Assembly: GCA_963769235.1 (NCBI GenBank)
Contig: CAVYKW010000007.1
Location: forward strand, 112,630 to 176,629
Direction: 5' to 3'
DNA length: 64,000 nt
Source of the DNA: an uncultured Acidobacteriaceae bacterium
GTDB lineage: Bacteria; Acidobacteriota; Terriglobia; Terriglobales; Acidobacteriaceae
A program made the position numbers and the translations under genes. Of the stretch, positions 8,290 to 17,990 are shown one piece after another; the first letter of the stretch is position 1, and each line of letters begins with the position of its first letter. Under the pieces are notes generated by a model, which saw only the letters and a list, made by a program, of their open reading frames with translations, searched no databases and was not told the origin of the DNA.

Positions 8290-8322
8290 TATTTAGAAAA
8301 AGTACTATAGTTTTTCTAAATA
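8290..8322. promoter_or_regulatory. perfect 12-bp inverted repeat in the AT-rich divergent promoter region (candidate AbiEi operator)
   Basis: TATTTAGAAAAA-GTACTATAG-TTTTTCTAAATA. It lies 18 nt upstream of the abiEi ATG at 8340. Confidence 0.5.
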
Positions 8323-8339
8323 AAAAGGACAGCTTAGCC

Positions 8340-8948
8340 ATGCAAACCATGCGGGATCAGATAGTTGTGCGCATCGAACGCCTGGGTCCGGGGAAGGCGT
8401 TCTCCGCGAAGGATTTCCTGGATATCGCCAGCCGGGGCTCGATTGACATGGCGCTGTCGGGACTGAACCGCGACGGTGTAATACGGCGCATCAGGCGCGG
8501 GCTGTACGATATGCCGAAATTCAATGCGGCGCTGGGCGGCAAGCTGAGTCCCGACATCGATGAGGCCGCGCGCGCGCTCGCCCGAAGACAGCGCTGGAAA
8601 ATCGTGCCGGAAGGGGCGTGGGCCGCAAATCTTCTCGGCCTATCGACACAGGTGCCATCAAAGATCACTTACCTGACAGATGGTCCGAACAAAGAAGTGC
8701 CGATCGGACGGCGCACGATCCATTTCAAGCATGCCCGCCCAAAGGCTATGGCCGGGCTTGAGGGCAAGTTTGCACTTGTCGTTCAGGCACTTCGCCATCT
8801 AGGCAAAGAGAGTGTTGGGCCACGCGAAATCAAAACATTACGAGCGGCGCTGTCTCCGGCGGAGAAACGGAAGCTCGTGAAGGACACGCGTTTTGGCGTT
8901 GACTGGATCTACGAAGTGGCGAAAAACATTGCGGAGAAGGCTGCTTGA
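8340..8948 (+). CDS. abiEi: AbiEi-family antitoxin (type IV TA / abortive infection)
   Basis: ORF 8217..8948; preferred start is ATG 8340 (MQTMRDQIVV). It has an N-terminal wHTH (FSAKDFLDIASRGSIDMALSGLNRDGVIRRIRRGLY). It sits directly upstream of, and overlaps, a DUF1814 nucleotidyltransferase gene. Confidence 0.8.
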   Translation: MQTMRDQIVVRIERLGPGKAFSAKDFLDIASRGSIDMALSGLNRDGVIRRIRRGLYDMPKFNAALGGKLSPDIDEAARALARRQRWKIVPEGAWAANLLGLSTQVPSKITYLTDGPNKEVPIGRRTIHFKHARPKAMAGLEGKFALVVQALRHLGKESVGPREIKTLRAALSPAEKRKLVKDTRFGVDWIYEVAKNIAEKAA

Positions 8949-9958
8949 ACGGTATCGCCCAGATGCCGGCCGACAGACGCGCGGAAGTGTTCGCTGAGAC
9001 AGCGGACCGCAAAGGTCTATCCGAAGCCATTGTCGAAAAGGATTTCTGGGTTTGCTGGATCCTGAAGCAGCTTTTCTCGATCGATGCCCTTTCGGGACGG
9101 CTCCTCTTTAAAGGCGGCACGTCGCTCTCGAAGGTCTTCCACGCAATCAACCGGTTTTCGGAAGACATCGATTTGGCCGTCGATTATGCGGCGCTGGGAT
9201 TTATGGGCGACCGTGATCCCCGGCAAGACAGCATCTCGAAGACGAAGCGGAGCGTGATCCTCGCCGAGATGATGGACGCCTGTCAACGATACATAGGCAC
9301 GGAATTCATTCAAGCACTGGAGAAACGCTGTCGCGAAGTGCTCGGGCCGCCGGACGCATGGAGTCTTGCCGTCAGTGAGCAGGACCCGAACGTGGTTCGG
9401 TTTCGTTATCCGAGGTCGACCGGAAAGTCCTTAACGTATGTCTCTCCGCAGGTGGTGCTGGAGTTGGGCACCCATGCAGAGTTCGTGCCGCATGATCGTT
9501 TCACGATCCGATCGTTTGCAGCGGAGGAGTTTCCGAACGTCGTCGTCGACGGCGATGTCGGTGTCGTCGCTCTCCTGGCAAAGCGAACCTTTTGGGAGAA
9601 GGCGACGATCCTTCATGCGGAATACCACCGGGCTCCGGAAAGACTGCTGCCGGAACGATACTCACGGCATTATTACGACGTGGCAATGCTAGCCCAAGAA
9701 CCGATCAAGGCAGAGGCACTTGCAGACATCAATCTTCTGGCCGACGTTGTGAAGCATAAAGAGACCTTCTATCCTGCGGCGTGGGCTCAGTATGACCTGG
9801 CGCACCCCGGAACATTCCACCTGGTTCCGCCGGAGGCACGCAGTGCGGCGCTGGAGAGGGACTACCGGAATATGGCCGTGATGATCTTTGGTGAGCCGCC
9901 TAAGTTCGATAGCATCATGGGAACATTGGCTGCGCTTGAAGAGGAAATAAACAGATAG
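8945..9958 (+). CDS. abiEii: AbiEii/AbiGii-family nucleotidyltransferase toxin (DUF1814)
   Basis: The FKGGTSLSKVFHAINRFSEDIDLAV motif is the signature of AbiEii toxins. TTG at 8945 overlaps the abiEi stop; an alternative ATG is at 8963. Confidence 0.85.
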   Translation: MNGIAQMPADRRAEVFAETADRKGLSEAIVEKDFWVCWILKQLFSIDALSGRLLFKGGTSLSKVFHAINRFSEDIDLAVDYAALGFMGDRDPRQDSISKTKRSVILAEMMDACQRYIGTEFIQALEKRCREVLGPPDAWSLAVSEQDPNVVRFRYPRSTGKSLTYVSPQVVLELGTHAEFVPHDRFTIRSFAAEEFPNVVVDGDVGVVALLAKRTFWEKATILHAEYHRAPERLLPERYSRHYYDVAMLAQEPIKAEALADINLLADVVKHKETFYPAAWAQYDLAHPGTFHLVPPEARSAALERDYRNMAVMIFGEPPKFDSIMGTLAALEEEINR

Positions 9959-10028
9959 GCGCGCCGCCAGGAGACGCACCCTTGGCCATCGTCGGCCGCA
10001 GCGTAGCAAGGGCAGTGGAGCAGGGGTC

Positions 10029-13000
10029 TCAAGCCGCAGCCGCCCACTTCACGCCTTGACTGGCATAGTTGAGCATTGTGTCGAAGACACTGTTGCATTT
10101 CTCAGTAAACAGGGCCCGGTCGTAAGTTTGCGGTAATTTGTCGTCCAAGACGGCTTCTACGGCAGACCGAACGCGCGTACGGCTTTGTCCGTCCTTGAAC
10201 CAGTCCTGGATGAGAACCTTGGGTTGTTCCTCAAGGAGCCTATGGAGGAGCGCCTTCGCAGCCAAGCGCACCTTCTGGGTTTCTTCCTGGGTCATCTTAG
10301 CCTTCTTGATGAGATCAAACAGCTCCAGCTCATCTCCGGTCAGTCCTTCGCGAATGTGGCGTTCTGATTCTGATTTCAAGTCCTTGGCGAACCTCATTAA
10401 CTCATCAAAGTAGTTGTCGGCCGCGGAGCTTCCAGAGTTGTAACGATCAATGATGCCTTGCAGCCGCGTCGCGAAATCGGTGCGGGTGGCATTCTCCTTC
10501 ATCATCTGTTCGAGCTTCTTTTGAATGAACGCGCGAAGATCAGCGATTTCGATGTTCTTATGAGGAGTGCACTTAAATTCTTCCTTTAATTTCTCGAAGT
10601 CGATCTTGCTCAGGTCCCACGTCTTGCCAGACTGCGCAATTCGGAACTGTGAGGCATCATCCTTCAGACCAGCGGACTGATCGACGACGAGGCTCTCATC
10701 CAAGAGTTCCCCAACGCGCAACGCCACGGCATCAATGTCCGCTTGTTGGATAATTGCATCGAGCACGCCCCGGAGATACTGGAAAACCGCAACTGAGCGA
10801 ACAACGGGCCTGCCGAGGATCTCCGGCTTGCACGCTTCGTAAAGACCGGTGATCGTGTTCTCGTAAACAGCGAAACCCTTTCGCCACTCGTCTTTGGTCA
10901 ATAAGGTATTCGCGAAATCCTCGAAGGCTCCAACCTTCTTGAAAACCTCTTTGCTTTCGAGCAAGGTCTTGAGGTCAACGCCGACGCCGGCACAGAATTC
11001 CATACCCTGCGCAATAGCATCATCGAGCAACTTGAAGAGCACATCCTTCTCCTGGACTGGCATGTCTTCTTGCCCTTCCTGGCCCTGAGCGTAGTCCTTC
11101 AGCGCCCTCCGCATATTCCGGAAGACGTTATAGTAGTCGATGATTTCTCCGTTTTTCTTCTCCTTGTCGTTGATTTTCCACGATGTCACGCGGTTCGCGC
11201 GGGCGATGGTTTGCATCAACGTGTGGTCTTTCATCGGCTTGTCGAGGTAAAGGGTGGAAAGAGTTGGAGCGTCGAAACCGGTGAGCCACATGGCGCACAC
11301 GAAGACAAGCTGCAACGGGTGTTCCGGGTCCTTGAAATTGTATTCGATGTCGTGCCCGTGTTCGTCGAGCCTGTTCATACGGTCGCGGTGCGGTTTGATG
11401 TCGAGCTTCTGTTTGGCGAACTTCTTTTCTTCGTCCGCGTCCTCGCTTACGACAACGGCCATCTCGACAGATCGCATGTAATCCAGCTGCTTTTGGAACA
11501 GCTTCTTTTCGTCATCGTCTCCAAATTTCTTAATCTTGCCGCGAAGCTCCTTGATCTGCTCCTTCCAGAGGCGCTGAACCTTGTCATACATCTTCACGGC
11601 GGTGAACTTGTCGAGGGATACCACCATGCCTTTACCGAGGTAGCCGCGCCGCGGGAAATGGTAAACGATATCCGCGGCAATGGTATCGAGACGGTCGTCC
11701 CGCTTGATGACCTCGATTTCCTGCGCAAACTTGTTTTCGAGTTTCTCCTGTTGGGCGTCGTCCAGGTTCTCGTCCTCGCAAATCTCGGCGAGTTCCTCAG
11801 TGAGATCGTCGTTTTGAATCAGAACCTGTGGGACACGCTTCTTGTAAAACAGCGGTACGGTTGCACCATCGTCCATGGATTGCCGGAAATTGTATTCAGA
11901 AACGTATTCGCCGAACCATTGATTGGTCTTGCGTGCTCTGCCCAACAGGGGGGTGCCGGTAAATGCGATAAACTGCGCATTCTTCAGCCCGGCGCGCATG
12001 TTCTCTGCCAAGTCCTTGTATTGGGTGCGATGTGCCTCATCCACAATCACGATGATGTCGCTCCGAGGCGACAGGAGCGGGTACGCTTTGCCCTTCTCCC
12101 AGCGAAACTTTTGAATGAGGGTGAATACTAGCCGCTTGTTTTGCCCAAGAAACTTTCGCATCTCCTCGCTGTCCTTGGGTTGCGCGGCTTCGGCCTCGGT
12201 GACCGTATTCGTATGGAGAAAATTCCGGTAGATCTGTCCGTCCAGGTCGTCACGATCCGTCACGACCACAAACGTGAAATTGCCAGTTTCCTTCCGGAAA
12301 ATCTTGCGGACGTAGAAAATCATCGAAAAGCTCTTGCCCGAGCCCTGGGTGTGCCAGAACACGCCGAGCTTGCCCTTCAGCTCCTCGCGGCGAAGGAACG
12401 TATCGTAGGCCCGATTCACGCCGATGAATTGGTGGTTCTGGGCGATGATTTTGTCTTTGTCCTTGTAGTAAAGGATAAAGTTCTCGACGTAATCGAGCAG
12501 GCGCCGTGGCGGGAAGAGCCCGGCGATGACGCCCTCTACGCTTGTGCCCTTCTCCTTGATGGCCTCGCGGTCAATTTTCTCTTTCTCGTCGTCGGCGCGG
12601 AGCCAGTTGAAGAAGTGCTCCCATTCCGCCGTGATGCTCCCGACCTTGGTCTCGATAGCGTTCGAAAGAACGCAAAACACATTAGTCAGAAAAAGCTGCG
12701 GGATTTCCCGCTTGTAGTTCGTGAGATTGTCATCGAACGCAGTCTTGAGCTTTACGTTCGAGTTCTTTAATTCGATAAAGACCAGCGGAAGGCCATTGAC
12801 ATAGAGCAACACATCGGGCCGCCGGAACCCTCGCTCGCCCTTGATCGAAAGCTGGGTGACGGCCAGATAACGGTTCTCGCTTGCGTCGTTGAAGTCAATC
12901 AACCGTACGCGCTCATTTTGCTTCTGGCCTGTGGAATCATCGAACTCCACGGGGATGCCGTCGCGCAGGAGGTTATAGACCTCCTGGTTGGCGGCAACCA

Positions 13001-13258
13001 GCGTCATCGCCTGACGGCGATCGAGAAACTTTTCCAGTGCACTGTCAATAACCTGCGCCGGGATCGTCGGTTCAGGCGTAGAGCGGCCTCCCGTAGGCGA
13101 TCCAATAGGATCACGTCACGTTTATTGGTGCGTCCGGATCTGTCGTTCAAATCCTCCGGGTCCTCCGTATGGCAATTGAGACTATCGAAGCCGTGCAATT
13201 GCACAAGCTTCTGAACCATCGCCCTCTCAATCTGATCTTCTGAGATAAAGTTAGGCAT
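10029..13258 (-). pseudogene. hsdR: type I restriction enzyme R subunit, interrupted by one frameshift near 13078-13082
   Basis: The 992-aa ORF carries HsdR motifs (GSGKSFSM Walker A, VIVDEAHRTQY DEAH box) and a DUF3387-type C-terminus. The N-terminus (MPNFISEDQIERAMVQKLVQLHGF...LREAALRLN) is in another frame (ORF 13004..13315). Hand translation shows ...RLN|PTIPAQVIDSALEKFLDRRQAMTLVAANQ joins if one base is added at CTGAAC-CG. Confidence 0.85.
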
Positions 13259-14567
13259 GAGTGCTGGCCAGCTTAGGATTTTCTTCCGCCATGCCGGCCG
13301 GAAACTGAATGTCAATATTCTCGAGGGAGAGTTTGCCGGAGATTAAACGGGGTTGAAGCACATCACGAGCTTTGGCGAGTAGTTCGTTTGACTCTAACAA
13401 CCCTCCGATTTGAGTGAAGATCGGCTTGGCGTATTCGTTGAATCGAAGTATCAGCGAAGGTGGTGGAGTCATGATCGGAATAACTTTGAACGTATCGACA
13501 ATGATGTTGTCGAAAACACCCGATTTCGAAATACCTTTGATGTACGCGATGGCGTTTTTTATCGAAAGGAAATGAAAGTACGCGTCGCCTTCTTGCTTTG
13601 GCGCCAACGCATAACAGGTCTGATTCATCGCCATATCCCGATGAGCCAAGCAAATCTTGCCGACAGTACCGCGAGCAGTGATGAAGATCGTGTCTTTTTT
13701 GTACAAGCGGCTATTGCAGCTATCAAGGCCTTTTTCCGTGATCGATCTCTCTGTCTTGAGAACATAGAAGCTGTCACTGGCGTCTTTCGGCGTGAAAAAA
13801 GGAATCTCTCCATCCCAATAAACAGGATTATCTGTATTCGGAGTCCCCCCGCTCATCACCTGAAATGCTTCATTGCTTGGAACTACAGTCCACCCCTCCG
13901 GAACCCGTTTCACAACTCTTGCGGATTCGTGGCAGGGAAAGCGGAGGCGGACAAACCATTCATCGTAGATTTCTTCAACGACCCTTTCCAGCAGTGCGAT
14001 GCGCCGATTATTATTTTGAATCAGTTCATCATACGAGGACAGTATCGCCGCAGCCTTCCTTTGAATTGGAAGATTCGGGACATTCAGGTCCGTGTGGTTC
14101 TTGAAGGAAGTGTACTGAAACCTTGAGACTCCCGTATGCTGGATGTTAAACACTGCCATATATCCGGAGCGATATAGCGCCTGAAGAAAGTAGTAGATGA
14201 AGCGAGGCGAATACTCCGCTGTATGCAATCTCAGATGGCGACTGAAGCTGGCACAAAGAATAGGAACATCGGAGTGATCATTGAAGAACGATTCCTTTAC
14301 GAGCGCGCTTCTTCCCGTTGACTGGGTAGACGTGCCTCCTGCAGTCTCAAGAATGATGTCTCCAGGTCGGAGTCGCTTTCGATCCACGATGTGATTCTTG
14401 ATCCAGCGTCTCGGAAACTCTGTTGTTGGGTTGTCAAGGTCAGCGAAGTCCGTTCCGCGAATAATAAGGGACTCTCTGGAGCCAACCGTCTCCTGGCCGT
14501 CGCCCCACTCGCCATCTTTGCTGTCAAGAAGGAGCGATTCAAACCGCGTCGTTTTCCATGCGCTCAT
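13251..14567 (-). CDS. hsdS: type I restriction-modification specificity subunit
   Basis: 438 aa with two target-recognition halves. The conserved central and C-terminal helices (IAAILSSYDELIQNNNRRIALLERVVEEIYDEWFVRLRFP and LLESNELLAKARDVLQPRLISG) are typical of HsdS. It has an 8-nt overlap with the hsdR start and a 4-nt overlap with the hsdM end. Confidence 0.85.
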   Translation of the reverse strand: MSAWKTTRFESLLLDSKDGEWGDGQETVGSRESLIIRGTDFADLDNPTTEFPRRWIKNHIVDRKRLRPGDIILETAGGTSTQSTGRSALVKESFFNDHSDVPILCASFSRHLRLHTAEYSPRFIYYFLQALYRSGYMAVFNIQHTGVSRFQYTSFKNHTDLNVPNLPIQRKAAAILSSYDELIQNNNRRIALLERVVEEIYDEWFVRLRFPCHESARVVKRVPEGWTVVPSNEAFQVMSGGTPNTDNPVYWDGEIPFFTPKDASDSFYVLKTERSITEKGLDSCNSRLYKKDTIFITARGTVGKICLAHRDMAMNQTCYALAPKQEGDAYFHFLSIKNAIAYIKGISKSGVFDNIIVDTFKVIPIMTPPPSLILRFNEYAKPIFTQIGGLLESNELLAKARDVLQPRLISGKLSLENIDIQFPAGMAEENPKLASTHA

Positions 14568-16645
14568 TCTTCGCCTGCCATCTGCCTTATATTTGTGGAA
14601 ATAGTGGCTTCGAGCTTTGCGGCAGCACGGTTCAGCACTGAGAACTCGAGATCCAGCCTCAGCATGTCTTCAATAAACTCTTCCTCCGTCTTCCCATCTT
14701 CCTCGATCACGACGCCAACGTAGCGGCCAGGATTCAGCGAATATTCCTGCTCCTTAACTTCTGCCGGGCTTGCGAGCTTGCATAGTCCAGTCACGTCTTC
14801 GTATTCCGCTTTGGGAAAACGCTCCTGCAACCAGTGGATGTGCTGGTAGAAGATTTCGGCGTTCTTCACTTCTTTGTGCAATTGCTTCTAGCGCAGTCTT
14901 AAGCGCCTTGGTCTTGCGGTCGGTCGTCGCCGCGCTTGCCGTCCGCCTGTGCTTGCTCGGCCTGCTGCTTCTCGTGCTGGCGCACGGTCTTGTCCAGTTG
15001 CTTCAAGCCGTCGTGCAAAGCGGCAAAGAAGGGATCAAACACTTCCCGCAATTGGTGCTGGGCCTTGTTCTTTATCGTCCACGGCTATTTCGCCGGCATG
15101 TTTCTCGCTGATATTGCTCGTAGCGGGTTTGAAGTTTGTTGAGGCCGGCCCATTGTTTCACAAGTTCGGCCACGGCCTGCTTTCCCGGCGGCATCGTCTA
15201 GCACTTCGAGCAGTTGTGCGGAGACGGGTTCGACACGGGCCTTGCTCTCGATAAGCCGTTCCATGCCCGCCGCAAAGTAGCGATCAACGAGATGCACAAA
15301 CTTGTCGCGGCGGCCTTTGTGGAGTTGGCTAATGATGGCAATGTTCTGAATCTGCTCCTCGGAAAATTCTCGGTGGGCACGGTCGATCTGGGTGAAGATA
15401 TTCCGGGCATCAATGAAGAGGATGCGGTCGTCTGTCTTGGCTTTGTCGAAGAACCAGAGAGTGGCCGGGAGCGTCACGGTATAGAACATATTCGAGGGCA
15501 GCGTCAGCATCGCGTAGATGAGATTTTTATCGATCAACGTCTGGCGGATGTCGGCCTCGGAATGGCGGGCGTCGGACGCAGAGTTGGCCATGACGAGCGC
15601 GGCGCGGCCCTTCGGTTTCAGCGAGGTGGCAAAGAGATTGATCCAAAGATAATTTGCGTTTGGGACGGTTTCCTTGCCCGCGTCAGCTCTTCTTAGCCTT
15701 GGATTTGTTGCGCGGGATGCCATAGGTGTTGAAGCGCTTGTCCTTCTCAACGCTACTGAGGCTCACGTCATCCACATTGAACGGTGGATTGGCGAGGACA
15801 TAGTCGAATGCGCCGAAGCTGCCGTGCGGATCGTCATAGTAGGTATTGGCCTTCTTGATATCGCCACGCAGCCCATTCACCGCGAGGTTCATTTTGGCGA
15901 GGTTGACGGTTTCCAGCGTCTTTTCCTGCCCGTAAACGAAAACGCTGCTTCCATCGTCCTTAAGCTCCTTGCGATGCTCCTCGATGAACTGAGCCGACTG
16001 CACGAACATGCCGCCTGAGCCGCACGCGGGGTCAAAACCTTGCCGCCGTGCGGTTCGATCATTTCGACCATCAGGCGGACAACGGAACGTGGCGTGAAAA
16101 ACTCGCCGCCCTTCGACCCTTCGCTGCGGGCAAATTCGGCGAGGAAGTATTCGTAAATCTGCCCAAAGAGGTCGCCACTGAAGTCCGCCGGGATGTTCGC
16201 AAAAGTTCTTGAGAAGTTGATTCGGGATGTTCTTGGTCTTCTCGTCACGGGTGAGCCGGAAGTATTCGTCCTTGGGCAGGACACCTTCGAGTTCCGGCTT
16301 GTATTCCTCGATGGCCTTCATCGCTTCCTTGAGCGCCTTGGCGATGTCCTTTTCCTCCGGGAGATTCAGCAGGTGCTCGTAGCGCGCATGGTCGGGGAGG
16401 TAGAACCCGCATTTCTCAATGGCGATATCTGAAAGTTTTTTCTCGCGCCTTGTGCCCTTAAGTTTCTGGTATTCGGCAATGATTTCGGCTTCATGCCGAC
16501 GGTAGTTGTTGTCAGCAAATTTCAGGAAGATCAGCCCGAGCACCGGCGTGGCATACTCGCTGGATTTAAGGTCGGAATTGGCGCGCAGGTTGTCGGCGGC
16601 ACTCCAGAGGTCAGCTTCGAGTTGTTTGAGCTGTTCTTTAGTCAC
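14564..16645 (-). pseudogene. hsdM: type I R-M DNA methyltransferase subunit carrying multiple frameshifts
   Basis: HsdM sequence is spread over all three frames. The N-terminus MTKEQLKQLEADLWSAADNLR...IPNQLLKNF is in ORF 15683..16645. [56 protein letters not shown] is in ORF 15889..16284. [10 protein letters not shown]...ANPPFN is back in the first frame. NANYLWINLF...LPATLWFF is in ORF 15085..15750. The C-terminus is in ORF 14564..14881, with further shifts between 14880 and 15185. Confidence 0.85.
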
Positions 16646-16864
16646 TGGCGAGTTCCTTACAGAGGTGAAAGGCGAACGTCGAAGGCGGCGATTGGTCGCG
16701 CCGCGCGGCCCGGTCTGGAAGCGTGTCGGGGGAAGCCGTAAGAAGCGAAAAACTAGAGATTTCGATAAAATTCATAGAAGTGCCGTTCAAGTGTTAGTAA
16801 GAGCTGTATCAAAACAACTTCCCGCTGTCAGCGCAAATCCTTGCGCTCAATGTTCCACAACGCG

Positions 16865-17128
16865 TCAACGGATGGCCCGTAACAGGACCGCATCCCGATG
16901 GTATTCCAGAAAGCGGCGTTGGCCCGATAAAAACGTGCCCACGTTGAGATCGCTGGCGGTTGGCACGCCCATCCGCTCCAGAGAAGGCCGATGAGCGACT
17001 GGCGAAACAATTAAAGCGCCGTCGTCCTGGAAACTGATGAATCCCCGGTCGAAGAGGTGGTCGATACTGGGTGTCAACAGTATCCGCCGCCAAGTTCGTG
17101 ACGGTACGTCTGGTTCTGGTTTACCCAC
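16865..17128 (-). pseudogene. C-terminal fragment of an HNH-type endonuclease
   Basis: ...LLTPSIDHLFDRGFISFQDDGALIVSP...NVGTFLSGQRRFLEYHRDAVL resembles the C-terminal third of ~300-aa HNH nucleases. The N-terminal two thirds are missing and the upstream sequence is occupied by vapB. Confidence 0.5.
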
Positions 17129-17137
17129 CAGTAGCGC

Positions 17138-17413
17138 ATGGTAATCGTCGCTCAGCGGTCATACTTCGTACTCTACCACCTCAAAGTGGATGCATCGGGA
17201 CGTATCGTCCTTTCGGCAGAAGCGCGGCAGCGCCTTCACATCGCCGAAGGCGACACCGTCATCGTCGTCGACGATGCCCTGGGTCTGCACATCAAGACCC
17301 GAGAAAAGGCCCTCGCGGAAGCGCAGGCTTATTTTTCCAAGCTGGCACCAGCGAATGTCAGCCTGTCCAAAGAGATATTGAAGGACCGCCGCTCCGAGTC
17401 CGAGCGTGACTAG
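17138..17413 (+). CDS. vapB: AbrB/SpoVT-family antitoxin (VapB-like)
   Basis: The SpoVT-AbrB swapped-hairpin motif KVDASGRIVLSAEARQRLHIAEGDTVIVV is present. The 3' end overlaps the PIN gene by 8 nt. Confidence 0.75.
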   Translation: MVIVAQRSYFVLYHLKVDASGRIVLSAEARQRLHIAEGDTVIVVDDALGLHIKTREKALAEAQAYFSKLAPANVSLSKEILKDRRSESERD

Positions 17414-17798
17414 CGTTGTCCTCGATGCTTCGGCACTCATGGCCCTGCTTCGGGCCGAGCCCGGAGCCGATACAGTAGCGAAGTCACTCGACGATGCTGT
17501 CATCTCTGCCGTCAACTACTCCGAGATACTGAAAAAGACCATCGAGCGCGGAGGAGACAGCGAACCCGTTGTCGCCTTCATCCGCAGCCTGTCGGTTGCG
17601 ATCATTCCTTTTGACGAACACCTAGCGGTCACCAGCGCCGGGCTCTATCCGCAGACGAAGGAACATGGCATGTCATTCGCGGACCGCGCTTGCGTGGCCT
17701 TGGGAATTCAGCGGCGCGCCGTGGTTCTTACGTCCGAACGCAAAATGGGTCTCCTGAAGCTGCCCATTAAAGTGACGGTCATCCGCAATGCCCACTAA
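17406..17798 (+). CDS. vapC: PIN-domain ribonuclease toxin (VapC-like)
   Basis: GTG start. VVLDASALMALL carries the first acidic residue, SAVNYSEIL the second and FADRACVALG the third, followed by VVLTSE. This is the classical VapC layout. Confidence 0.85.
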   Translation: MTSVVLDASALMALLRAEPGADTVAKSLDDAVISAVNYSEILKKTIERGGDSEPVVAFIRSLSVAIIPFDEHLAVTSAGLYPQTKEHGMSFADRACVALGIQRRAVVLTSERKMGLLKLPIKVTVIRNAH

Positions 17799-17846
17799 GA
17801 AGGAGAAACACGGCGCGGGCAAGATGGAACCAAAACCCGCCCCACC

Positions 17847-17990
17847 GTGCTTCTGCCTGCTGCCATCGAGAGCGCCACCGCAGTCTCCACCGTAGCGGCC
17901 CTCGCCGATATTTCCGAAGAGGACATCTGGCTTGCCAAGCAGAAAAGCAAGCGGACACGCCGTGCATACAAGCAGGACGTACAACAGCAA
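17847..17990 (+). pseudogene. N-terminal fragment of a tyrosine recombinase/integrase, cut off by the IS3-family remnant
   Basis: ...ALADISEEDIWLAKQKSKRTRRAYKQDVQQ matches the SAM-like N-terminal domain of phage-type integrases. Homology stops at about 17990, where minus-strand IS3 orfB sequence begins. Confidence 0.45.

Noticed and set aside
11070-12131. 353-aa plus-strand ORF inside hsdR, plus 12141..12770 and 10138..10413
   Set aside because: These are antisense shadow ORFs of a well-supported minus-strand gene. They have Leu/Val/Glu-rich mirror composition, no RBS and no recognisable family.
15683-16645. 320-aa ORF that looks like an intact, short hsdM
   Set aside because: Its central ~55 codons ([22 protein letters not shown]...) are nonsense. 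The real HsdM sequence for that stretch is in the frame of ORF 15889..16284. The open frame results from two compensating indels in A4 runs.
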